Origin: Alphaproteobacteria bacterium
GTDB taxonomy: Bacteria; Pseudomonadota; Alphaproteobacteria; SP197
Direction of reading: 5' to 3'
DNA: 64,000 nt
NCBI GenBank assembly: GCA_965228895.1
Contig: OZ245842.1
Coordinates: 1,440,001 to 1,504,000, forward strand
Every line of letters begins with the position of its first letter. The stretch's first letter is position 1. A model generated the notes under the pieces. That model was not told the DNA's origin and ran no database searches. It worked only from the letters and a program-made list of their open reading frames with translations. Of the stretch, positions 9,682 to 19,033 are shown in pieces. A program made the translations under genes and the position numbers.

Positions 9682-10040
9682 GCGGACCGGACGCGCAGTA
9701 TTACGCCTATCTGAAAGCCGGCAGCCTGCATATCCAGCGGTGCGGCGCGTGTGAGCGGTTCATTTTCTATCCGCGGATCCTGTGCCCCCATTGTGGCGGC
9801 GCCGATCTCGAATGGCGGCAGGCAAGCGGCCGCGGCACGGTTTATGCCACGACGGTTATCCGCCGACGCCCTGAACAGGGCCCTGCCTACAACCTCTGCC
9901 TGGTGGATCTGAACGAAGGCATCCGGTTGACCAGCCGGGTCGAGGGTTTGGCGCCCGAGGACGTGGCCATCGGGATGCCGGTCCAGGCGCGTATTGCCGA
10001 GCAGGACGGTGAACCCATCGTCGTCTTCGATCCGGCATGA
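9678..10040 (+). CDS. DUF35 Zn-ribbon/OB-fold protein
   Basis: QRCGAC...YPRILCPHC, SGRGTVY, VDLNEGIRL, IGMPV; ATGA overlap with the upstream gene. Confidence 0.9.
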   Translation: MSGPDAQYYAYLKAGSLHIQRCGACERFIFYPRILCPHCGGADLEWRQASGRGTVYATTVIRRRPEQGPAYNLCLVDLNEGIRLTSRVEGLAPEDVAIGMPVQARIAEQDGEPIVVFDPA

Positions 10041-11188
10041 GTCTACGCGGCAAAACGGCAGCGGTTGGCGTCGGCCTGGCTGGTCTGGGCGAGGCGCCCG
10101 GCTATAGCCATCTCGATCTGATTGCCATGGCGGTCCAAGAGGCCCTCGATGAGGCCGGGCTGTCTATGAGCGATGTCGACGGCCTGTTCACGGCCAACCT
10201 GCAGAACGTCTTCGCGCCGCTCAATGTCGGTGAATACCTGGGCATCCGACCGAAAGTCAGCGACGGCACGCAGATCGGCGGATCGTCGCCGGTTGCCCAT
10301 TTGCTGTGGGCAGCGTTGGCGTTGGAGGCCGGGTTATGCGACGTCGCGCTGATCTGTTACGGCAGCAACCAGCGCAGCGCCGCCGGTCGGCTCTTATCAC
10401 CGTCGACGGGTGAACCGCTGATCTATGAAACGCCCTACGGCCCACGTTTTCCCATCAGTTCCTACGCGCTCGCTGCGTCACGCCATATGTATGACTACGG
10501 GACCACACGCGAGCAACTGGCAGGAGTCGCGGTTGCCGCGCGGCAATGGGCGGCGCTCAACCCGCAAGCCTTCATGCGTGATCCCCTGAGCGTCGAGGAT
10601 GTGCTGACCAGTCGTATGGTGTGCGACCCCCTGACCGTGCGCGATTGCTGCCTGGTGACCGATGGCGCCGGCGCGGTGGTCATGACGCGGTCCGATCGCG
10701 CTGCCTCCGGTCGAAAGCCGCCGGTCTATCTGTTGGGCGTCGGTCAGGCACACTGGCATCGGCAGATTTCTCAAATGCCCGACCTGACGATGACAGCGGC
10801 GACCGAGAGCGGTCCACGCGCTTTCGCAATGGCCGGCATTGGGCCAAAGGATATCGATGTCGCCGAACTCTATGATGCCTTCACCATCAACACGGTGCTG
10901 TTTCTGGAGGATCTCGGCTTCTGCCCGAAAGGCGAGGGCGGGCCTTTCGCTGCGAGCGGGGCGATCGCGCCGGGCGGCACGCTGCCGGTCAACACCAATG
11001 GCGGCGGTCTCTCCTGTGTTCATCCCGGCATGTACGGCATCTTCACGGTCATCGAGGCCATCCAACAACTGCGCGGCGAAGCGGGCGATCGCCAAGTGAA
11101 AGGCGCTCAAACGGCGGTGAGTCACGGCAATGGCGGCCATCTGTCCAGCCAGGTGACGGCGGTCTGGGGTGCGTCTGCGACGCTGTGA
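10037..11188 (+). CDS. SCP2/Ltp2-type thiolase-family protein
   Basis: DCCLVTDGAGA, ELYDAFT, NTNGGGLS, HGNGG; GGSS at the usual nucleophile position. Confidence 0.9.
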   Translation: MSLRGKTAAVGVGLAGLGEAPGYSHLDLIAMAVQEALDEAGLSMSDVDGLFTANLQNVFAPLNVGEYLGIRPKVSDGTQIGGSSPVAHLLWAALALEAGLCDVALICYGSNQRSAAGRLLSPSTGEPLIYETPYGPRFPISSYALAASRHMYDYGTTREQLAGVAVAARQWAALNPQAFMRDPLSVEDVLTSRMVCDPLTVRDCCLVTDGAGAVVMTRSDRAASGRKPPVYLLGVGQAHWHRQISQMPDLTMTAATESGPRAFAMAGIGPKDIDVAELYDAFTINTVLFLEDLGFCPKGEGGPFAASGAIAPGGTLPVNTNGGGLSCVHPGMYGIFTVIEAIQQLRGEAGDRQVKGAQTAVSHGNGGHLSSQVTAVWGASATL

Positions 11189-11246
11189 TACCTGGACCGC
11201 CATCGCTGCCCGTGGTGATATCCATGACAGTCAACCGGGAGGTTCC

Positions 11247-11957
11247 ATGGACGACTACAATTATGCGGCCTTTGCCCCGACGGACAAGGAGATGGAGAAG
11301 TTCTCGCGTTTCTTCGAGGCGCCCAACGCCGGCACCGTCGCGCCCGACTATGCGTTGGAGGACCTGGCGACCGGCGATGCGGTCCACCTGAAGGATCTGT
11401 GGAAACGCGACGCCGTCATCATGGAGTTCGGCAGCTACTCCTGAGCCTACTGCACCATGGCGGCCGCGGCGATGGAAGACATCGCCAGCCGGTACGCTGA
11501 TCGGTCCGTGCGATCGGTTTTCATCTATGTGCGCGAAGCTCACCCCGGCGAATTCCTGCCGCCTCATGACTCGATGGAGCGCAAGCGCGAGCACGCGCGC
11601 GCGTTTGTCGAAGAACAGAACATCGAACGTCCGGTCCTGGTCGATACGATCGACGGCGCCTGCCACAACGGTTATGGGCAACTGCCCAACATGACATGGA
11701 TCATCGGGCGCGGTGGTCTGATCCTCTATAAGGCGGCATGGACCAGACCGGACGACGTCGAGGCGGCGTTAGAGGAATGCCTGGGCGGATACATGCGTCG
11801 GCGCCAGGACGAACTGATGCCCGCTTACGCCGAGCGTCTTATCTGGCGTGCGGAGGAAAATGATCGCTTCATCGAGATCTGCAAGCGTGCTGGACCGCAA
11901 GCCATCGCGGACATGTTTGGTGAAGAAGCCGCGAGGAAAGCTTTTGAGAACGATTAG
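11247..11957 (+). CDS. Deiodinase-like thioredoxin-fold selenoprotein (Sec = UGA at 11442-11444, UxxC)
   Basis: GGAGG RBS and ATG at 11247; single frame ...APDYALEDL...VIMEFGSYS-TGA-AYCTMA...FIYVREAHPGE...YGQLPN; 236 aa with read-through; SECIS-like hairpin downstream. Confidence 0.85.
11461..11491 (+). promoter_or_regulatory. Putative bacterial SECIS element
   Basis: Stem GGCGATG(11468-11474)/CATCGCC(11480-11486), 5-nt loop GAAGA starting with G, lower stem CGGC/GCCG; loop begins 30 nt after the UGA. Confidence 0.7.
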
Positions 11958-13386
11958 AGTCGGCGTCGCCTGTGTCCTGTCGGCACTCTTTTTCTCTTCT
12001 GTGGCAGGCATTTCCACCCGCGCGGATGATGCTGATATCGCCGCTCGTTACCTGCTGGTCGCCTATGATCCGCTCAACGATCAGACGACAACGCTCGCCA
12101 GGGCGATTGTGGATCGGCCCGATGCATCCTGCCCGGTTTTCGAGCTAGTCGGTGAGGACGGCGGTGCAACGACCGAGCTCGCGACAGCCATCCGCCAAAA
12201 CCCCGACCGCGAGGCTTTTCCGGTAACCGTGTGCGAGGCGGTTGTGCCACCGGGGCATCAGGCGACTGTCGGCGGTGTGCCGTTGCCGGTCTTCAAGCCC
12301 GACCCCGAGCATGTGGTCATCGTCGGCGACAGCGGTTGCAACGGCGGCGATAAACAGAATTGCGATTACGCCTGGGCGTTTCCGGGAATCGCCGACCACG
12401 CTGCAGCGAACCGTCCCGACCTCGTTATCCACGTTGGCGACTGGAACTATCGGGGGACGCAGAAAACAACGGTCGACGGTGAAGCGACCTATGACAGTTG
12501 TCTGCCTGACCCCGGCAAGCCCTGGGTCGACTCGACAGCAGACGATACGTGGCAGACATGGTCTGCGGACGTGTTCATGGCTGCCGCGCCGCTAATGGCC
12601 GTAGCGCCCTGGATCGTCGCGCGTGGCAATCATGAATTGTGCAGCCGCGGCGGCCGTGGCTGGTTCTATTTCCTGGATCCCCGTTCGACATTGCTTGATC
12701 CGTACCGCGCCGTTCCGACCTGCAACGGTCCGACGGTGCAGACCGATCCCTATGCGCTCGATCTCGGCAACCTGCAGATTGTCGTTTTTGACTCGGCCAA
12801 TGCCTGTGATGAGGCGGCTTATGAGGACGAAATGGCGCTTGCCTATCAGGCACGCATCTATGCACGTTTGTTCGACAGTGTCGCTACGTTGATCGGCGAA
12901 GGTGACAAGCCCGTATGGCTGCTGACGCATCACCCCATCTGGTCGGCCGTGCGTTATGCCGGGGAACCCGATTTGGTTACGGTGAACCTGACCCTGCAGA
13001 ACGGACTCAGGCAATCGCTCGCCGCGTCGCTGCCCGCGGCCGTTAAGCTGGTGCTCAGCGGGCACGTGCACGAATTCCAATCGATCACCTTTGACAGTGA
13101 CCGTCCGCCGCAACTGATGGTGGGGAATTCGGGCGTGAAGATGGACGCCAACTTGCTCGACAACCCCTATGTTGTCGAGATTGATGGGCAGACGGCGACG
13201 GGGCTGGCCCTTTCGGCAAGGAACGGGCCGGACACCTACGGCTACTTAGAGGCCAGGATCGGCGAGGATGGCACCATGGCTGGAAGTCTCTACGGGTTCG
13301 CGCCCGATGGCATGGCGACGGGAGAGATCACGGCGACCTGTGCACTTCCGGTGCGCGAGGACGGATTGTGCCGTCTGACCCCTTAG
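11944..13386 (+). CDS. Secreted calcineurin-like metallophosphoesterase
   Basis: Signal-peptide-like N-terminus; GDSG, HVGDWNY, RGNHE, THHP, SGHVH motifs; TTG start overlaps the selenoprotein stop. Confidence 0.85.
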   Translation: MRTIRVGVACVLSALFFSSVAGISTRADDADIAARYLLVAYDPLNDQTTTLARAIVDRPDASCPVFELVGEDGGATTELATAIRQNPDREAFPVTVCEAVVPPGHQATVGGVPLPVFKPDPEHVVIVGDSGCNGGDKQNCDYAWAFPGIADHAAANRPDLVIHVGDWNYRGTQKTTVDGEATYDSCLPDPGKPWVDSTADDTWQTWSADVFMAAAPLMAVAPWIVARGNHELCSRGGRGWFYFLDPRSTLLDPYRAVPTCNGPTVQTDPYALDLGNLQIVVFDSANACDEAAYEDEMALAYQARIYARLFDSVATLIGEGDKPVWLLTHHPIWSAVRYAGEPDLVTVNLTLQNGLRQSLAASLPAAVKLVLSGHVHEFQSITFDSDRPPQLMVGNSGVKMDANLLDNPYVVEIDGQTATGLALSARNGPDTYGYLEARIGEDGTMAGSLYGFAPDGMATGEITATCALPVREDGLCRLTP

Positions 13387-13469
13387 GCGAGCCTGCGACC
13401 CAATGATCGTTTGAGAACGATCGTTGGGACCGGCTAGAGTGCCCGGCAGCGTGTAACAAGGGGTGCCTG

Positions 13470-15551
13470 ATGGGTCGTGATCCACATTATGACGTGCTGT
13501 TCGAACCGGTAGAGATCGGGCCGGTCACGGCGCGGAACCGTTTCTATCAGGTGCCCCATTGCAACGGGATGGGCGTCCAATACCCAAGCGCCATGGCCGC
13601 GATGCGCGGCGTCAAGGCCGAAGGCGGCTGGGCGGTTATCTGTACCGAAGAGTGCGACTTTCACGTCACCGGCGACGTGACGCCGGCAATCGAGGCGCGA
13701 TTGTGGAGCGAGCAGGACATTCCGATCATGGCGCGCATGACCGAGGCCGTGCACCTGCACGGTGCGCTGGCCGGTTGCGAGTTGGTCTATGGCGGCCCGG
13801 CCGGTCACAACCGTCAGTCGCGCGAGATCCCCATGGCGCCGTCTGCCATGCCGGTGTTTGGCTCGGAGCCGGGCCATGCGCGCGCCATGGACAAGACCGA
13901 CATCAAGAACTTCCGGCGATGGCACCGTCAGGCGGCACTGCGTGCGCGCGATGCCGGTTTCGATCTGGTCTATGTCTATGCCGGTCATAACCTGTGCCTG
14001 ATGCAGCACTTCATTTCGCGCCGCTACAACCAGCGCACCGACGAATATGGCGGAAGCATCGAAAACCGTACGCGGCTGATGCGCGAAGTGATCGAAGACA
14101 CCAAGGAGGTGGTCGGCGATACCATGGCGGTCGCCGTCAGGTTCGCGGTCGACGAACTGGCCGGCGATCAAGGCATCACGGCCAGTGGCGACGGTGAGGC
14201 CGTGGTCGAACTTCTCGCCGAGATGCCCGATCTGTGGGACGTCAATGTCAGCGAATGGCCGAACGATTCCCAGACCGCACGGTTCGCCGAAGAAGGGTTT
14301 CAGGAAGAGTTCATCGGCTTCGTCAAAAGCAAGACGTCGAAGCCGGTGGTTGGCGTCGGCCGCTATACCAGCGCCGACCGTATGGTTAGTCTTGTGAACA
14401 AGGGTGTCATGGATATGATCGGCGCGGCGCGGCCGTCGATTTCAGATCCCTTCCTGCCCAAGAAGATCGAGGAGGGGCGCATCGACGACATCCGCGAATG
14501 CATCGGCTGCAACATCTGCGTGTCCGGTGACTTCATGTACATGCCCATGCGCTGCACCCAGAACCCGACCAAGGGCGAGGAGTGGCGCCGAGGCTGGCAC
14601 CCCGAAAAGATCGCGCCGAAGGCAAGCGACTCAAGCGTGCTGATCGTTGGCGCCGGACCGGCCGGCCTGGAATGCGCGCGTGCGCTGGGCGAACGCGGTT
14701 ATCCCGTATCGCTTGCCGAGGCGGGGACCGAACTGGGTGGCCATGTCAATGCGGTCAGTTTGTTGCCGGGATTGTCGTCGTGGGCGCGGGTGCGCGATTA
14801 CCGCGTCGGTCAGATCCAGAAGATGCCGGGCGTCGAGGTGTTTCTCGACAGCAAACTCGGTGCCGATCACGTGCGCGAGTTCGGGTTCGACCATGTCGTG
14901 TTGGCGACCGGGTCGTCTTGGGCGCGCGACGGACTAGGCGAAACCCATCGTAGTCCCATACCAGGCGCCGACCACGATCACGTGCTGACGCCCGATGACG
15001 TGATCGGTGGCCGTGCGATCGACGGGCCGGTCGTGATCTTCGACGACGACCATTATTTCATGGCGAGTGTTCTGGCGGAAAAGCTTCGCGCCGACAGCCA
15101 TGATGTTACTTATGTCACGCCGGCCGCCGACGTCGCGACCTGGACCCATAACACGATGGAGCAGCCACGCATTCAGACCCGCTTGTTGGAACTTGGCGTG
15201 GTCGTGCGTACAGCGAAAAGCCTCGCGGCGATCGGCGATCAGGATGCTGAACTGGCGTGTGTGTATACCGGAAGGCGCGAGACGATTGCGGCCGGCGGCG
15301 TCGTACTTGTCACGATGCGCACGCCCCACGACGCGCTCTATCACGAACTAGCGGGTGATCAGGCCGCCCTTGACGCCGCCGGCATACGGTCGGTGACGCG
15401 CATTGGCGACTGTCTGGCGCCCGGTTTGATTGCCGCTGCCGTTTATGGCGGCCACAAATATGCGCGGGAGCTCGATGCGCCCGCACCGATTGATGAGGTT
15501 CCGTTTCGCCGTGAAATCCTTGAACTCAGCAACGACTGGCCGGTGCTCTGA
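13470..15551 (+). CDS. Histamine/trimethylamine dehydrogenase-family iron-sulfur flavoprotein, copy 1
   Basis: RFYQVPHCNGMG (FMN-attachment Cys), RTDEYGGS, ECIGCNIC...CTQN 4Fe-4S motif, GAGPAG. Confidence 0.92.
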   Translation: MGRDPHYDVLFEPVEIGPVTARNRFYQVPHCNGMGVQYPSAMAAMRGVKAEGGWAVICTEECDFHVTGDVTPAIEARLWSEQDIPIMARMTEAVHLHGALAGCELVYGGPAGHNRQSREIPMAPSAMPVFGSEPGHARAMDKTDIKNFRRWHRQAALRARDAGFDLVYVYAGHNLCLMQHFISRRYNQRTDEYGGSIENRTRLMREVIEDTKEVVGDTMAVAVRFAVDELAGDQGITASGDGEAVVELLAEMPDLWDVNVSEWPNDSQTARFAEEGFQEEFIGFVKSKTSKPVVGVGRYTSADRMVSLVNKGVMDMIGAARPSISDPFLPKKIEEGRIDDIRECIGCNICVSGDFMYMPMRCTQNPTKGEEWRRGWHPEKIAPKASDSSVLIVGAGPAGLECARALGERGYPVSLAEAGTELGGHVNAVSLLPGLSSWARVRDYRVGQIQKMPGVEVFLDSKLGADHVREFGFDHVVLATGSSWARDGLGETHRSPIPGADHDHVLTPDDVIGGRAIDGPVVIFDDDHYFMASVLAEKLRADSHDVTYVTPAADVATWTHNTMEQPRIQTRLLELGVVVRTAKSLAAIGDQDAELACVYTGRRETIAAGGVVLVTMRTPHDALYHELAGDQAALDAAGIRSVTRIGDCLAPGLIAAAVYGGHKYARELDAPAPIDEVPFRREILELSNDWPVL

Positions 15552-15553
15552 CC

Positions 15554-17623
15554 ATGACACGCGATCCCCGTTACGACGTCCTCTTCGAACCCGTTCAAAT
15601 CGGACCGGTTACCGCGCGCAACCGGTTCTATCAGGTGCCCCATTGCAACGGCATGGGCCGCACCTTCCCGTCCAGCATGGCGCGCATGCGAGGCGTCAAG
15701 GCCGAGGGCGGCTGGGCGGTCATTGCGACCGAGCAGATCGATATCCATCCAACGGCAGACATTACGCCGGCGACCGAAGGCCGGCTGTGGTCGGACGAGG
15801 ACATCCCCTATCTCGCGCGCATGTGCGATGCGGTGCATGAGCACGACTCCCTGGCGCTGATCGAACTGACCCACAACGGCAAATACGTGACCAATGCCTA
15901 TAGTCGCGAGGTGCCAATCTTCGTCAACCATATGCCCGTGGTCGGCACGTTCCCGGTGCAGGCACGCGCCATGGACAAAGAAGACATCCGGAACTACCGG
16001 CGCTGGCATCTGGATGCGGTCAAACGGTCGAAGAAAGCGGGGTTCGACATCGTCTGCTGCTACGCCGCCCACAATTTGTCGCTCGCCGGTCAGTTCATGC
16101 TGCGCCGTTACAACCACCGCACCGACGAGTATGGCGGCAGCCTGGAAAATCGCGTGCGACTGTTCCGGGAGATCATGGAGGAAGCGAAGGACGCGGTTGG
16201 CGACACCATGGGTGTGGTCGCGCGTTTCGCAGTCGATGAACTTCGCGGCGATGAAGGCATGGAGTGGGACAAGGAAGGCCGCGAGATCATCGAGATGTTG
16301 GCCGAACTGCCCGATCTCTGGGACGTCAATGTTGCGGAGTGGCACAACGATTCGCAGACCAGCCGGTTTTCCGAAGAAGGTTTTCAGGAGCCGTTCATCG
16401 AGTTCGTCAAAAAGGTGACGACCAAGCCGGTTGTCGGCGTCGGCCGCTACACGTCCGCCGACCGCATGGTCTCCGTCATCAACAAGGGCATCATGGACAT
16501 GATCGGCGCGGCGCGGCCGTCGATCGCCGATCCTTTCCTGCCCAAAAAGATCGAAGAGGGTCGCATCGAGGACATCCGCGAGTGCATCGGCTGTAACATC
16601 TGCGTCAGCTGGGACATTTCGACCGCGCCCATGCGCTGCACCCAGAACCCGACCAAGGGGGAGGAATGGCGCAAGGGTTGGCACCCCGAGCAAATCGAGC
16701 CGAAGACGACGGACGATACGGTCCTCGTCGTCGGCGCCGGGCCGGCCGGCCTCGAAGCCGCGTGGGCGCTTGGCCAGCGCGGCTACGATGTGACGCTGGC
16801 TGATGCTTCGGAGGAACCGGGCGGCCGTGTGACGTGCGAAAGCAAGCTGCCGGGGTTGAGCGCTTGGGCCCGCGTTCGCGACTACAGAATCTATCAGATC
16901 CAGCAAATGCCGAACGTCATGCTGTATCCGGCAAGTTCCTTGGATGCGGCGCAAATTCTGGAGTTTGGCGCGACCAGCGTGGCCATCGCCACTGGCGCGA
17001 CGTGGCGCCGGGATGGCTATGGGCGCGCGCACCAGTTTCCGATTCCCGGCACCGAAGGCGCCAACGTCTTTACGCCGGACGACATCATGGCCGGTACCAC
17101 ACCGGCGGGACCGGTGCTGGTCTACGACGACGACCACTACTACATGGGCGGCCTGATTGCCGAGCAGCTGCGCGCTGACGGTACCGATGTCATCCTCGTG
17201 ACGCCTGAGGTTAAGATTTCGGCCTGGACCGACCAGACCCTGGAACAAAGCCGCATTCAGGCGCGTGTGATGGAGAGCGGGATCGATATTGTCCTCAGCC
17301 ACACCTTGCGTGCCATCGGGGAGAGCGAGGTCACACTAGCGTGTGGCTATACGCAACACGAACGCAAGGTGGCGGCATCCTCTGTCGTCATGGTGACGTC
17401 ACGTCAGCCGGTCGATCAGCTGTATTGGGATCTGGTTGCCGATCAGCAGGCCTTGTCCGATGCCGGGATCACGTCGGTGCGCCGCATCGGCGATTGTTAC
17501 GGGCCGGCGACAATTGCGGCGGCGGTGTACGAAGGACATCGCTATGCGCGTGAACTCGGCGCAAAACCTGCAGGTGACATACCGTTTCGCCGTGAGTTGA
17601 CGGAGCTGTCAGCCGACTTTTGA
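15554..17623 (+). CDS. Histamine/trimethylamine dehydrogenase-family iron-sulfur flavoprotein, copy 2
   Basis: Same motifs as copy 1; starts 2 bp after its stop. Confidence 0.92.
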   Translation: MTRDPRYDVLFEPVQIGPVTARNRFYQVPHCNGMGRTFPSSMARMRGVKAEGGWAVIATEQIDIHPTADITPATEGRLWSDEDIPYLARMCDAVHEHDSLALIELTHNGKYVTNAYSREVPIFVNHMPVVGTFPVQARAMDKEDIRNYRRWHLDAVKRSKKAGFDIVCCYAAHNLSLAGQFMLRRYNHRTDEYGGSLENRVRLFREIMEEAKDAVGDTMGVVARFAVDELRGDEGMEWDKEGREIIEMLAELPDLWDVNVAEWHNDSQTSRFSEEGFQEPFIEFVKKVTTKPVVGVGRYTSADRMVSVINKGIMDMIGAARPSIADPFLPKKIEEGRIEDIRECIGCNICVSWDISTAPMRCTQNPTKGEEWRKGWHPEQIEPKTTDDTVLVVGAGPAGLEAAWALGQRGYDVTLADASEEPGGRVTCESKLPGLSAWARVRDYRIYQIQQMPNVMLYPASSLDAAQILEFGATSVAIATGATWRRDGYGRAHQFPIPGTEGANVFTPDDIMAGTTPAGPVLVYDDDHYYMGGLIAEQLRADGTDVILVTPEVKISAWTDQTLEQSRIQARVMESGIDIVLSHTLRAIGESEVTLACGYTQHERKVAASSVVMVTSRQPVDQLYWDLVADQQALSDAGITSVRRIGDCYGPATIAAAVYEGHRYARELGAKPAGDIPFRRELTELSADF

Positions 17624-17642
17624 CCGAATGGCATGGTGACGG

Positions 17643-18140
17643 CTAGGAGGCGGAAAGCAGCGCCAAGTCGTTCCACATGATCTTCACGTGGAGGAGGTCG
17701 TGGCCGAAGATGGGTTTTGTCTTGGTTTCGACTTCCTGACCCCCGAGCCTTTCGTAGAACGCCCTGGCACGTCGGTTGTCCTCCAGCACCCAGAGGTGAG
17801 CAATCTTGTGGCCACGGCAACCAAGCTCTTGCGCGGCATGCCCCATGAGTTGCTGGCCAAGACCTTTGGATCGATGCTCCGGGAGCACGTGGAGATTGTC
17901 GATGAAGGGATCGGGACGGCACCATACCGCGATGAAACCGATGATGTCCGGGTCTTCGGCAACCAGCATGACATCGTCGTCGCCGACGGTCTGGTTACGC
18001 CATTGCCGGGCGAGGTCGTCGCCGACGTCATTTTCCAGGTAGCTCGCCGGCAAGATGCCGCGATAGGCCTCGCGCCAGCTCATGGCGTGTACGTCCGCGA
18101 TTGCGGGCCTGTCGGTCTGTATGGCCGGTCGTATGATCAT
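17643..18140 (-). CDS. GNAT N-acetyltransferase
   Basis: IRPA, SWREAYRGILP, LHVLPEHRSKGLGQQL, NRRARAFYERLG. Confidence 0.88.
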   Translation of the reverse strand: MIIRPAIQTDRPAIADVHAMSWREAYRGILPASYLENDVGDDLARQWRNQTVGDDDVMLVAEDPDIIGFIAVWCRPDPFIDNLHVLPEHRSKGLGQQLMGHAAQELGCRGHKIAHLWVLEDNRRARAFYERLGGQEVETKTKPIFGHDLLHVKIMWNDLALLSAS

Positions 18141-18247
18141 GCGTCAGATCGATCGCTGTCCCGTTGTGGGTCTAAGATGGCCAAGCATGTGGCACGGCGG
18201 CAACGGTTAGATTGTTATCGTGACAATGCGGCCGGCATCCTGTCAGT

Positions 18248-19033
18248 GTGTCGCACGATTTGACGCGAGTTTCCGTCAGTATCGGGCGCAAGAACGGTAT
18301 CTTGATCTGTCTGGCCGGCGCCTTTGCCGGTTACGTGCTGACCATCCTCGCCGTCATCTTCGGCAGTCTGTTGCTGATGGTGCTGGGGCACTTGGTCACC
18401 GGGTTCACGGCCGGCAGCATACCGATCGCCCAAGCAGCACTGGCGGATCTCAGCGATGATGACGCGACTATGACACGCAACATGGGTAATAGCGTCGCGG
18501 CGTTGAGTGTCGGCCTGGTCGCGGGGCCAATTCTGACCGGTGTCCTCTCGGACAGCGCACTGCTCGGCAGCATCGCGTCGCTCAATCTGCCGTTCATTGC
18601 CGCGATGGCGCTCGTTCTTGTCGCGGGTTTCCTGATCGTCTTTTTCTTCGACGACAAGCTCAAAGAACGGGCGCCGCTCAAGATCGGCCCGCTTGATGTG
18701 TTCCGTCAGCTTTGGCGGGCAACACAGATCCCCGTCGTGCTACGGATTTCGCTCGTCTTTTTCTTTTTCATGCTCGTCTGGAACACGTGCTTCGTGTTCA
18801 TCGACAATCTGCTGTCCAGCCGGTTTGGCATCAGCACGCTGGGCACGAGCTTGGCGTTGCTGGTCTTTGGGGCCGCGCTGATCGTGTCGAGCTCGCATCT
18901 GGTCGCCATCGACATTCGATCGCCTTTCTATGTCGCGATGGGGTCAGGCCTGCTGTCCCTCATGCTGATTGCGATCGTCTGGCGGGCGCCGGCCGTCAGG
19001 GCGATCTTGCGGACGGATCAAAACGGCTCATGA
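18248..19033 (+). pseudogene. Truncated/deleted TetA-like (DHA1) MFS transporter
   Basis: Homology begins at motif A (SIGRK); only 261 aa; N-terminal helices and several C-domain helices appear missing; motif-B Arg replaced (LGHLVTG). Confidence 0.6.

Noticed and set aside
11169-11957. Two separate small genes or a nonsense pseudogene (track ORFs 11169-11444 and 11457-11957)
   Set aside because: The stop is a UGA exactly at the catalytic column, the frame continues, no other decay is visible, and a SECIS-like hairpin follows.
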